A DNA stretch of 56,832 nt from Minisyncoccota bacterium (GTDB taxonomy: Bacteria > Patescibacteriota > Minisyncoccia > Moranbacterales > GCA-2747515), in the NCBI GenBank assembly GCA_020629675.1, contig JAHDCW010000002.1, forward strand, positions 1 through 56,832. The letters are read 5' to 3'. The notes beneath the pieces were generated by a model. It was not told the origin of the DNA. It saw only the letters and a program-made list of their open reading frames with translations, and searched no databases. The stretch's first letter is position 1. Each line of letters begins with the position of its first letter. Of this stretch, positions 36,637-45,201 are shown one piece after another. Both the position numbers and the translations under genes were made by a program.

Positions 36637-38715
36637 ATGAAATCATCATTTAAAAAACTTTTTTCACCCCGCTCTGTCGCCATCGTGGGCGCGAGTAACA
36701 AGCCGGGAAAAGTTGGTAATATGCTCGCTGCTAATATCTTGGCAGGGGATTATCAGGGTGATGTTTATTTTGTAAATCATAAGGGTCGTCGTATCTGTGG
36801 ACGTGATAGCTATCTGACATTGTCACTTATTGGCACAGCCGTAGATCTCGCGATTATCGCTGTGCCTGCTGCTTATGTGGAAGAGGTTATTCTGGCAGCA
36901 AAAGATGTGTGTAGGCGCTATATTGTGATCTCGGCCGGCTTTGGCGAAAGTGATATCGCGGGGCAAAACCGAGAGGTGCGCCTCCAAAAAATCGCCACGG
37001 AAAACAATCTAACAATTTTAGGTCCTAACTGCCTAGGGTTACTCATCCCTTCGCTCAAACTCAACGCATCTTTTGCGCCTACTTTGCCTGCCTCTGGTGA
37101 TGTGGCCTTTATTTCTCAGTCAGGCGCTTTGGCGGTGGCTGCAATAGACCGGGCACCACTCTTTAACATTGGGTTTTCTGCGGTTGTCAGTGTGGGTAAT
37201 AAAATGCAGGTAGATGCAGCGCAACTTATTGATCATTTCGCGCGTGACAAGAAAACGCACGTCATAGCGCTCTATCTCGAAAGTATCGACGATGGAGCGG
37301 CATTTCGCCAAGCTGTGCGCGCCGCACACGTAAATGGTAAGCAAATAGTATTACTCAAGGCAGGACGGTCACAAAAGGCGCAAAGTGCGATTTCACTTCA
37401 TACCGGATCACTGGCGGGGGATGATGCTGTGATTGATTCTTTCTGTGAGCGCTACGGTATTTCACGCGTGTCGTCTTTTGCGGACCTGTTTAACGTGATC
37501 AGAGTCGCACGCGTAGCACGGTCACTCTCGACGCGGCCGATTGCGCGGGCTGCTGTCGTTACTAATGCGGGTGGTTTCGGTGTCATCTTGACTGATATGA
37601 TCACTGCTGCAGCTACGCTAGAAATCGCATCACTGCCAAAACATCTGAGAGGTCAGCTTATGGAAAGTCTTCCGGCTGCAGCGAGTGCGCATAATCCTGT
37701 AGACCTACTTGGCGATGCAGGGCTTGCGCGGTACGAGTCGGCCCTTCAATTATTAACCGACTATGATCGACTTGATGTTATTTTTGTGGTGTTAACACCA
37801 CAAAAAGACACGCCAGCCAAGGCGATCGCTCGGGCGATCGTATCACTTCAAAAAAAGACTGCGAAAGATATAGTTGTTACTTTTGTGGGTGGATCACATG
37901 TGGCGGAAGCACGGGAATATCTTCTCAAGCATGACATTCTCTTTTTTGACACGCCGGACGAAGCAGTGCGTGCGTGTGACTTGCTGACACATACGCAACC
38001 ACCAAAGTTAAAGCACTTTCCACTGGACGATGAGAGAGCTCAAAAAGCACAGAAGTTCGTAGGTGCATTTCATGCACATGGTGTGCGTGATCTTTACTAC
38101 GGTGAGGTGATGAAGTTAGCACGTCTTTATAAACTTCCCCTCGATCGTTTTTTTGATGTGACGGAGGGTTTAGGTGCTAAGACGCTGACGACATACCCGT
38201 GTGTCGTTAAGGTTGATAATCCAATAATTCAACATAAAAGTGATCGTGGTGGTGTGGTTTTGCCGATCCATGGAGCAGCTGCACTTGAGGATGCACGAAA
38301 AGAGCTTATCAAAAAATTTCCCGAACAAGGAACGCGGGTGATCGCACAAAAACTACATGACATTAAAGTGGAGCTTATCATCGGCATGAAGCGTGATCCA
38401 CTATTTGGGCCGGTGTGTGTCGTCGGAATGGGTGGTATTTATACAGAGATTTTAAATGCTAAAGAGTTATTTGTTATGCCGATGAGTCAGGAGGACGTGT
38501 TGCGTCGGTTGGTGTGCTCGGAGACACTGGGATTTTTATTTGTGGAGACGCGTGGGCAGCGACCCTATGATGCGGAGCGTGTGGCTCATGTCGTCATGTC
38601 ACTTGCAGCACTCGCAACTGAGGTGGAGCACATCATGGCAATCGATATAAATCCTTTTCTTATATATAACGAGGGTACACGTGATATAATCGTAGATATG
38701 AAAATAGCCTTCTAA
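36637..38715 (+). CDS. ADP-forming acetyl-CoA synthetase (fused alpha/beta; acetate--CoA ligase family)
   Basis: CoA-binding N-terminus (PRSVAIVGASNKPGKVG), a phosphohistidine loop (SLHTGSLAGDD) and a C-terminal ATP-grasp domain. The ATG at 36637 is preferred over the ORF maximum at 36550. Confidence 0.88.
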   Translation: MKSSFKKLFSPRSVAIVGASNKPGKVGNMLAANILAGDYQGDVYFVNHKGRRICGRDSYLTLSLIGTAVDLAIIAVPAAYVEEVILAAKDVCRRYIVISAGFGESDIAGQNREVRLQKIATENNLTILGPNCLGLLIPSLKLNASFAPTLPASGDVAFISQSGALAVAAIDRAPLFNIGFSAVVSVGNKMQVDAAQLIDHFARDKKTHVIALYLESIDDGAAFRQAVRAAHVNGKQIVLLKAGRSQKAQSAISLHTGSLAGDDAVIDSFCERYGISRVSSFADLFNVIRVARVARSLSTRPIARAAVVTNAGGFGVILTDMITAAATLEIASLPKHLRGQLMESLPAAASAHNPVDLLGDAGLARYESALQLLTDYDRLDVIFVVLTPQKDTPAKAIARAIVSLQKKTAKDIVVTFVGGSHVAEAREYLLKHDILFFDTPDEAVRACDLLTHTQPPKLKHFPLDDERAQKAQKFVGAFHAHGVRDLYYGEVMKLARLYKLPLDRFFDVTEGLGAKTLTTYPCVVKVDNPIIQHKSDRGGVVLPIHGAAALEDARKELIKKFPEQGTRVIAQKLHDIKVELIIGMKRDPLFGPVCVVGMGGIYTEILNAKELFVMPMSQEDVLRRLVCSETLGFLFVETRGQRPYDAERVAHVVMSLAALATEVEHIMAIDINPFLIYNEGTRDIIVDMKIAF

Positions 38716-38732
38716 AATAAAAATAGAAAAAT

Positions 38733-39509
38733 ATGAGTCTATCAGATAAAGATCAGCAGATGCAATTTGGTGCCTCTACATCAGGGGAGTTGTGGCGTAA
38801 TATTTCTGGAAAATATAACAAGGCTGATTCCGCAGACGGTACAGAAGAGGTTGTTGTGGATGCTGACAAAATTGAGGAGGTGCTTGAGGAGATGACGGCA
38901 GCAACACAGAAGCCGCAAACAACTGTAAAATCCTCTTTTGCTGAAGATACTGTGCACCGTATTGTGCCTGGGCAGCCAGTGCTTGTGATCGTGGATGATA
39001 ACCATAAAATCCGTTCTGAGTACGCGGAGATTTTTGGGCGCTCTGGATTTAGTGTTGTTGAGGCTAATGATGGTTTAGAAGGTCTTGATCGGATCAAGAA
39101 GATGAAACCTGATGCGATTTTGACGGGTATCGATATGCCGCGGATGGATGGTTATACACTAGTGGAGTCAGTTAAAAAAGATGTGGAGTTATCACGTATT
39201 CCGATCTTTGTTTGCTCACATCAAGGTGATATGCGAGATCGCGAAAAAATGCAATCACTGGGCGTGCGGGACTTTATATTGCATGGCTACATGTCCCGCG
39301 AAGAGATTATCGACCGGATTGCAGTTGCAATCGAAGAATCTGAGGGGTATATCGTACGTATTGACGGTAGTGATCATATTACACAACACTTTATAAAAGA
39401 GCATGTTAATGCGGTGATCTGCCCAGAGGAGCATACCTTTGCCCTCTCTCTTAAGCGCAAGGAGGCAGGAGCGGGGTTTGATGCGCATGTGATTTGCGTT
39501 CCTAAATAA
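38733..39509 (+). CDS. Atypical single-domain response-regulator-like protein (receiver + unknown C-terminal module)
   Basis: The receiver has IVDD, a phospho-acceptor D in TGIDMP and the Ser of VCSHQG. The conserved Lys position reads His (DFILHGY). There is an acidic ~80-aa N-terminal extension and a ~60-aa C-terminal module. Confidence 0.75.
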   Translation: MSLSDKDQQMQFGASTSGELWRNISGKYNKADSADGTEEVVVDADKIEEVLEEMTAATQKPQTTVKSSFAEDTVHRIVPGQPVLVIVDDNHKIRSEYAEIFGRSGFSVVEANDGLEGLDRIKKMKPDAILTGIDMPRMDGYTLVESVKKDVELSRIPIFVCSHQGDMRDREKMQSLGVRDFILHGYMSREEIIDRIAVAIEESEGYIVRIDGSDHITQHFIKEHVNAVICPEEHTFALSLKRKEAGAGFDAHVICVPK

Positions 39510-39552
39510 ACTGCCTACGGTAATTGCGATGGGTCTGCTATGATAATGATAT

Positions 39553-41268
39553 ATGGAATGGACGCTGCATGAACGAGGGCGACACATCGCCGATAAAGAT
39601 ATCTCTATTGATGAGATTCTAGAAATTTTAATGGCAATTAGAGGAGTGGACGCAGAACAAGCCGCTTCTTTTTTGTCTCCTGATTATGACCGTGACACAC
39701 ACGACCCTTTCTTGTTTCAAGAGATGGAAGCCGTGGTGGAGCGACTACGCGCAGCAAGTGAGAAGGGTGAAATGGTTGGTGTGTTTGGTGATCATGATGT
39801 AGATGGTGTGAGTGCGACGACATTGATGGTTGAGGGTCTCGAGATGATCGGTATTCAGGCACAGTCCTATATTCCTTGCAAAAACGAAGAGGGTCATGGG
39901 GTAAATAAAGCAGCGATTGATCAGTTTGCGGAGGTAGGTGTTACGCTTATGGTCACTGTGGACTGCGGTATCGGAGATGTGGAAATGGTCGCGTACGCGC
40001 GCTCATGTGACATAGAAACAATTATTGTCGACCATCATCAGATCCCAGAACGACTACCAGAGGCGTATGCGATAATTAACCCTCACCTTGCGGATAGTGG
40101 GTACCCATTTAAGGATTTGTGTGGCGCTGCATGTGCCTTTAAGGTGGTGCATGCACTTTGTGTACGGCTAGCTCCAGAGAAGGTAGAGCAGCTTAAATGG
40201 CTACTGGATATCGTGGCAATTGCGACTGTAGCAGACTGCATGCCACTTATAGGTGAAAATCGGGCGTTTGTTGTTTATGGATTACTGGTGCTCTCCAAGA
40301 CGCGGAGGGTTAGTTTGCAGCAAATGATTAGTGTGGGGGAGATGGATATTGGTCCGCATAACATGCCAGATGCGCACACGATTGGCTTTCACATTGGACC
40401 ACGACTCAATGCAGCTGGTCGAATGAGTCATGCGCGCGAAGCATATGATTTTCTCGCAGAAAAAGATCCTGCGATGGCGCGTGTGCGAGCACTTGACCTT
40501 GAAGAAAAAAATAAAGAGCGCCGTAAATTAACAGATAAAATTCTTCGGCATGCTACTAAACAGATTGATGCGCTACTCGCAGAGGATGAGAGCATTGCTT
40601 TTTTGTGCATTAAAGATGAGAGTTACCCGATTGGTATTGTAGGTATTGTAGCTGGACGGCTCACGCGACAGTATGGCCGGCCGGTTGGTATTTTTCGCGA
40701 GGAAGGAAAGGTGGTGCGAGGTTCATTTCGTTCTGTGGAAGGCCTTGATGTGGTGAGGATTCTCCACAACGCTAAGGATTTTCTGGATAAATATGGTGGT
40801 CATGAGGCGGCTGCAGGTGCACAACTTTCCGTTGATCAGTTTGAGGGTTTTTGTGAGTGTGTCGATCAGGCGACACGTGCATTATTGGATGATCAGGCTG
40901 ATTTTGCCCCAGTACATGTAGTGGATATGAGGCTGTCAGCTCATGTGATTTCAGAGGCGCTTGTTGATGTGATCGAAAAAATGGCACCTTATGGTGAAGG
41001 TAATGTAGAGCCTTTGATATGGTTTGAGGGGTTGACGGTCCAGTCTGCGCGTCCAGTGGGAAAAACAGGAAAGCATCTTAAATTGGTCTGTGGTGTCATT
41101 AACACACCGGTCGTCATCGATGTGATTGGATTTGATTTTGGCAAGGATGCCGATGAACTCTTGCCAGGTGTTACAGTTGAGGTTCTGGGCGGTCTCTCGT
41201 ACAATGAATGGCAAGGGCGCCGTACGATCCAAATTATGATGCGAGACTGGCGTCATGTGAACACATAA
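39553..41268 (+). CDS. recJ: Single-stranded-DNA-specific exonuclease RecJ
   Basis: DHH motifs (GDHDVDGVSA, TVDCG, VDHH) and DHHA1 (GGHEAAAG). Confidence 0.92.
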   Translation: MEWTLHERGRHIADKDISIDEILEILMAIRGVDAEQAASFLSPDYDRDTHDPFLFQEMEAVVERLRAASEKGEMVGVFGDHDVDGVSATTLMVEGLEMIGIQAQSYIPCKNEEGHGVNKAAIDQFAEVGVTLMVTVDCGIGDVEMVAYARSCDIETIIVDHHQIPERLPEAYAIINPHLADSGYPFKDLCGAACAFKVVHALCVRLAPEKVEQLKWLLDIVAIATVADCMPLIGENRAFVVYGLLVLSKTRRVSLQQMISVGEMDIGPHNMPDAHTIGFHIGPRLNAAGRMSHAREAYDFLAEKDPAMARVRALDLEEKNKERRKLTDKILRHATKQIDALLAEDESIAFLCIKDESYPIGIVGIVAGRLTRQYGRPVGIFREEGKVVRGSFRSVEGLDVVRILHNAKDFLDKYGGHEAAAGAQLSVDQFEGFCECVDQATRALLDDQADFAPVHVVDMRLSAHVISEALVDVIEKMAPYGEGNVEPLIWFEGLTVQSARPVGKTGKHLKLVCGVINTPVVIDVIGFDFGKDADELLPGVTVEVLGGLSYNEWQGRRTIQIMMRDWRHVNT

Positions 41269-41277
41269 CAATTTCCT

Positions 41278-42075
41278 ATGTATATATTATTATCACCTGC
41301 AAAATCACTCGACTATACGCGAGAGCACGAACTTAATGCGGTGGGTCAGATCGCGTCTTTTATGGAGAAGACTGCGCAGCTTCATGAAGTGCTTCGAGCG
41401 TACTCGGCATCTGAGTTAGAGCAGCTTTTTCACGTGTCACCAAAGATTGCAGAGCTTAACTATAATCGTTTTCGCGATTGGTCGACTGATTTTTCATCAC
41501 AGTCCCTTGAGGGAGGCGAGTATCCTTTTTTGCCAGCAATTCTTGCGTTTACGGGCGATGTTTATCGTTCTTTTGATCTTTCTTTGCTGACTTGTGTAAA
41601 AAAAGAGGTATACGATCGAAGGGTTGGGATTCTGTCTGGGTACTATGGCATCCTCAGACCTTTTGATTTTATGAAGCCGTACCGACTTGAAATGGGGACG
41701 CGAATGAGTTTTGATATTGCTGGAGATCATTATGGTAATTTATATGATTTTTGGCGTTCGCATGTCAGTACTGCAGTGGAAAGGCACGCCGGTAAGGATG
41801 GAGTCATTAATCTCGCATCACAAGAGTACAGTAAAGTGGTTGATCGAGAGGTGATATCTGGACCCTTTGTGGATGTTGATTTTAAAGTGGATAAAAATGG
41901 CGCGCTTAAAACAATCGGTATATATGCAAAAAAAGCGCGTGGATTGATGGCACAGTGGCTTGTGGAGAATGATTGCATGGATGTCACGTCAGCATCGGCA
42001 TTTGCTGAAGATGGGTGGCACTATAGTGAGGATGATAGTGGTGTGCATAAAATGGTATTTATTAAGAAAGTTTAA
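41278..42075 (+). CDS. yaaA: Peroxide stress protein YaaA (UPF0246)
   Basis: N-terminus MYILLSPAKSLDY and the central GDVYRSF and LRPFD motifs typical of YaaA. Confidence 0.88.
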   Translation: MYILLSPAKSLDYTREHELNAVGQIASFMEKTAQLHEVLRAYSASELEQLFHVSPKIAELNYNRFRDWSTDFSSQSLEGGEYPFLPAILAFTGDVYRSFDLSLLTCVKKEVYDRRVGILSGYYGILRPFDFMKPYRLEMGTRMSFDIAGDHYGNLYDFWRSHVSTAVERHAGKDGVINLASQEYSKVVDREVISGPFVDVDFKVDKNGALKTIGIYAKKARGLMAQWLVENDCMDVTSASAFAEDGWHYSEDDSGVHKMVFIKKV

Positions 42076-42077
42076 AT

Positions 42078-42527
42078 ATGGAGAATATTGATATCTATAC
42101 AGACGGTGGGTCGCGTGGTAATCCTGGAATTGGTGCTTGGGGTGCAGCTTTTTTTGAGGGTGATGTACTTACCGAAACACTTTCGGGAGGCGAGCAACTT
42201 ACAACAAATAACCGCATGGAGCTCACAGCAGCTATCGAAGGGTTGCGTGCAGTGAAAGATGATAGAGGGATACATCTCTACACGGACTCTACATATGTGC
42301 GCGATGGTATAACAAAATGGATTATTGGCTGGAAGCGCAATGGGTGGCGCACTGCTAACAAGAAACCAGTTAAGAATCAAGATTTGTGGCAGGCACTCGA
42401 CGTTCTCGCCAGCGCGAAGCAAGTTGAATGGCACTGGGTTAAAGGTCATGCAGGGGAGCGCGGCAATGAAAAAGCTGACGAGCTATGTAATGAGTATATG
42501 GATAAATTAGAGTCAAAATATAGTTAA
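42078..42527 (+). CDS. rnhA: Ribonuclease HI
   Basis: DEDD residues in IYTDGGSRGNPG, NNRMELTA, YTDSTYV and NEKADEL, plus the basic-protrusion region WKRNGWRT. Confidence 0.92.
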   Translation: MENIDIYTDGGSRGNPGIGAWGAAFFEGDVLTETLSGGEQLTTNNRMELTAAIEGLRAVKDDRGIHLYTDSTYVRDGITKWIIGWKRNGWRTANKKPVKNQDLWQALDVLASAKQVEWHWVKGHAGERGNEKADELCNEYMDKLESKYS

Positions 42528-42545
42528 AAGGAGCAATCTGTATTC

Positions 42546-42577
42546 AGAGGCGCTCATCATGCGCCTCTTTTATTTTT
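42546..42577 (+). terminator. Rho-independent terminator
   Basis: 8-bp GC-rich stem AGAGGCGC/GCGCCTCT, a 7-nt loop, then TTTTATTTTT. Confidence 0.75.
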
Positions 42578-42607
42578 GGTGAGAAATGGCTATTGTATTA
42601 CAATCTA

Positions 42608-42635
42608 TTGACAAAATGAGTAAAAATGTTATAAT
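42608..42635 (+). promoter_or_regulatory. Near-consensus sigma70 promoter (TTGACA-16-TGtTATAAT)
   Basis: Exact TTGACA (42608-42613), a 16-nt spacer with extended -10 TG, and exact TATAAT (42630-42635). A GGAGG SD lies 4 nt before the ATG at 42662. Confidence 0.7.
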
Positions 42636-42661
42636 GATCTGTTATTAGTTTAGGAGGCATC

Positions 42662-43402
42662 ATGTCAAATTGTGATCTAACAATTGTTATACCGACATTT
42701 AATGAAGCGCACAACGTGCGAAATCTTTATCATGCGCTCAATTCCACTCTTGAAATAGAGGAATCTCTGGAGTATTTATTTGTAGATGACAGTACAGATG
42801 AGTTGACGCGGGAGATCATCGAAGAGCTGGCGCAGGAGGATCCGCGCGTACGCTTTATTTTTCGTGAGACCAACTCTGGACTGGCAACTGCAATTGCAGA
42901 GGGGATGGAGGCAGCAAGAGGTGACTATGTTTGTTCTATGGATGCAGATTTACAGCATCCTCCACAGTATATCAACGACCTCTACCGCGCTGTTCGCTTT
43001 GACGGTGCTGATATTGCGGTGGGTTCACGCTATACGAACAATGGATCAGCGCAAGGTCTGACGACTTTTTATCGTCGCATCTCATCACATATTTGCCGTT
43101 ATGCGGCTTACGCCTTACTGCCATCTACCCGTAAGACGACAGATCCGGGGAGTGGTTTTTATATGACGACCAAAAAGGCTGTAGATGCCAAAAAGTTGGG
43201 AAGAATGTTCGGATATAAGATATTGATTGAGATTTTAGTGCGTAATCCTGAGTTAAAGGTAGCTGATGTAGGGTATACCTTTGTGGGGCGTCAATATGAC
43301 ATAAGTAAATCGACATTTCGGCAGGGCTTGCTTTATTTTAAGCATATTGTATTACTAGCCTTGAGTCAGCGTCGGTTGCTTGCTAAAAAAACAAATTTGT
43401 AG
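42662..43402 (+). CDS. GT2 polyprenyl/dolichyl-phosphate hexosyltransferase (Dpm1-like)
   Basis: Motifs IVIPTFNEAHN, FVDDSTD and MDADLQHPP (DxD). At 246 aa it is soluble or peripheral, the Dpm1/PpmA-like size. Confidence 0.82.
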   Translation: MSNCDLTIVIPTFNEAHNVRNLYHALNSTLEIEESLEYLFVDDSTDELTREIIEELAQEDPRVRFIFRETNSGLATAIAEGMEAARGDYVCSMDADLQHPPQYINDLYRAVRFDGADIAVGSRYTNNGSAQGLTTFYRRISSHICRYAAYALLPSTRKTTDPGSGFYMTTKKAVDAKKLGRMFGYKILIEILVRNPELKVADVGYTFVGRQYDISKSTFRQGLLYFKHIVLLALSQRRLLAKKTNL

Positions 43403-43467
43403 TAAGGTAACATATATAAGTTTGATGTCTCGGGTGAGGCAGGTTTTAAATTGTTAAGTCATCAAAG

Positions 43468-45102
43468 ATGAAGAATCTTTCATTAATTAGCATCTTGTTT
43501 GTACCGCTGTTTTTCGTGGTCAACTTTGCAGATGCAACAGATGTCTCTGTGGGGGGACAATTTCAAAATACAAGTCCTGACGAAGGAACGTCAGTCGTGT
43601 ATGAGTTAGATGTGCAAAACATTGGTCCAGATGAGTCGCGCATTGACTTGGATTTTACCGTGGGTAATCACTTAACCTACGCATCACATATTATCAACGG
43701 TGGGTGTGCGTCAGGTGGCTCAGGGGCATCTACGACAGCGAATGGATTTTCAGTCTCGCAAATCAATGCAGGACTTGGATGTTCATTTAAGGTACTTGTG
43801 ACATTTAATATCTCTGCAAATTCATGCAGTGAAAATACAAATGTAAGCGTCAGTGCTAACTCAACGGTAGATATCGCGCAGTGCTCTCTTGAACTTAACT
43901 GCACTAATAAATCTGGCCTTACCTGTCTCGTAGATGAGCTTAATGAGTTTGGTCAATGTACAGGAACGTTTTGTACAGCGACGGCAACCTCAGCATATGA
44001 TAGTTGTTATTTGCCAACACAAGGAGCGTGTAATGGTGACGCCCAGTGTCTTGAAGATCTCCAGGAAACATGTTACGACGAAGCGCTCGCAGCTGCTCAC
44101 GTGTGCTTGCAAGGTGCGACAATTCCGACAACACCAAGCGTTACAACTGCCACTGATACTGCATCCCTAACCATCAATGATTGTATTCCAATTTCTGTGT
44201 GTGGCGATGGTTTGCCTGGAGCGGGTGAACAATGTGACGATGGTAACAATGTAGACGGTGATGGTTGTAGTGCTAGTTGCCAAATTGAAGTGCCAGTTTG
44301 TGGTGACGGTAAAATAAATCAATCATCTGAGCAGTGCGATGATGGAAATACGGTGAGTGGTGATAAATGTAGTGCCACCTGTGAGATCGAGCAAACAACG
44401 CCAGCTCCAATCTGTGGTGATGGTCAGGTAAACCAGTCATCTGAACAATGCGATGATGGTAATACAGTTAATGACGACAAATGTAGCAATACATGTCAGA
44501 ACGTTGTTGAGCCAACGCCAATGTGTGGCGACGGAACAGTTGATGCAGGAGAGACTTGTGATGATGGTAATACAGTAAATGGAGATGGTTGTAGTGCAAC
44601 ATGTGCAGTAGAGAATGATCAGGTTGATCCCTCTGGCGAACTAGAACAGGCAGAGACATGTTCAGTTGATGACTACGCTGATATTGAGGGTGAGGTGTGG
44701 ATCGATGAGAACAATAACGGTAAGCGAGACAAGGGTGAGCCTGGGATTGAAGACGTCACAGTTTATCTTACAGACCTTGATGGAAACGAGATTGACTCAG
44801 ATGAGACCAATGACGACGGTGAATTTGAATTTAAAAACTATGCACCAGGAGAATATTATGTTGACCTCCAGGAAAGTGATAAGGATCTTGATGGCCTTAA
44901 ATTAAAAGTTGAGGAGGATACAACGCTCAATGGAAAGGATCGTTTTGAGCTGGAGTGTGATGAAGATTACGACGATGCAACATTTGGGTATGTAAGCGAG
45001 GAAAAGAAAGTACACACAGAGCGTCCTCGAACACTTGCAAAAACCGGTGGACCACAGACTGCGTGGGAGCATGTCATGGCACTGATTGCTGCGATTTTCT
45101 AA
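43468..45102 (+). CDS. Secreted Cys-rich repeat surface protein (DUF11-like + 4x DUF4215-type Cys repeats + SdrD-B/CnaB-like domain, LAKTG tail)
   Basis: Signal peptide, four CGDG-x6-E-x-CDDGN-x4-D-x-CS-x-x-C repeats, GEVWIDENNNGKRDKGEPGIEDVTVYL...GEFEFKNYAPGEYYV, and a C-terminal LAKTGG followed by a short hydrophobic end. Confidence 0.8.
   Translation: MKNLSLISILFVPLFFVVNFADATDVSVGGQFQNTSPDEGTSVVYELDVQNIGPDESRIDLDFTVGNHLTYASHIINGGCASGGSGASTTANGFSVSQINAGLGCSFKVLVTFNISANSCSENTNVSVSANSTVDIAQCSLELNCTNKSGLTCLVDELNEFGQCTGTFCTATATSAYDSCYLPTQGACNGDAQCLEDLQETCYDEALAAAHVCLQGATIPTTPSVTTATDTASLTINDCIPISVCGDGLPGAGEQCDDGNNVDGDGCSASCQIEVPVCGDGKINQSSEQCDDGNTVSGDKCSATCEIEQTTPAPICGDGQVNQSSEQCDDGNTVNDDKCSNTCQNVVEPTPMCGDGTVDAGETCDDGNTVNGDGCSATCAVENDQVDPSGELEQAETCSVDDYADIEGEVWIDENNNGKRDKGEPGIEDVTVYLTDLDGNEIDSDETNDDGEFEFKNYAPGEYYVDLQESDKDLDGLKLKVEEDTTLNGKDRFELECDEDYDDATFGYVSEEKKVHTERPRTLAKTGGPQTAWEHVMALIAAIF
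44197..44615 (+). repeat. Four tandem ~100-120-nt coding repeats (Cys-rich repeat units)
   Basis: The strings GATGATGGTAATACAGT and TCATCTGA(G/A)CA(G/A)TGCGATGATGG recur. At the protein level there are 4 repeat units. Confidence 0.8.
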
Positions 45103-45140
45103 ATCCTCGACCGATAGACGTATACCGATAAACTGAAGGG

Positions 45141-45178
45141 AAAATCATCACAAGGGAATTGTTGATGATTTTTTCTTC
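45141..45178 (+). terminator. Rho-independent terminator
   Basis: 10-bp stem AAAATCATCA/TGATGATTTT, a 12-nt loop, and a T-rich tail. Confidence 0.55.
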
Positions 45179-45201
45179 TCTTTTAAGATAAGAATGACAT
45201 C

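Noticed and set aside
42072-42449. 125-aa minus-strand ORF.
   Set aside because: It is antisense to rnhA, whose DEDD motifs are intact, so it is a spurious shadow ORF.
45086-45102. Treating LAKTGG as a bona fide LPXTG sortase signal.
   Set aside because: It is not fully rejected but is downgraded. The Pro is replaced by Ala, the hydrophobic segment is about 8-10 residues, there is no basic tail, and no sortase gene is in the window.
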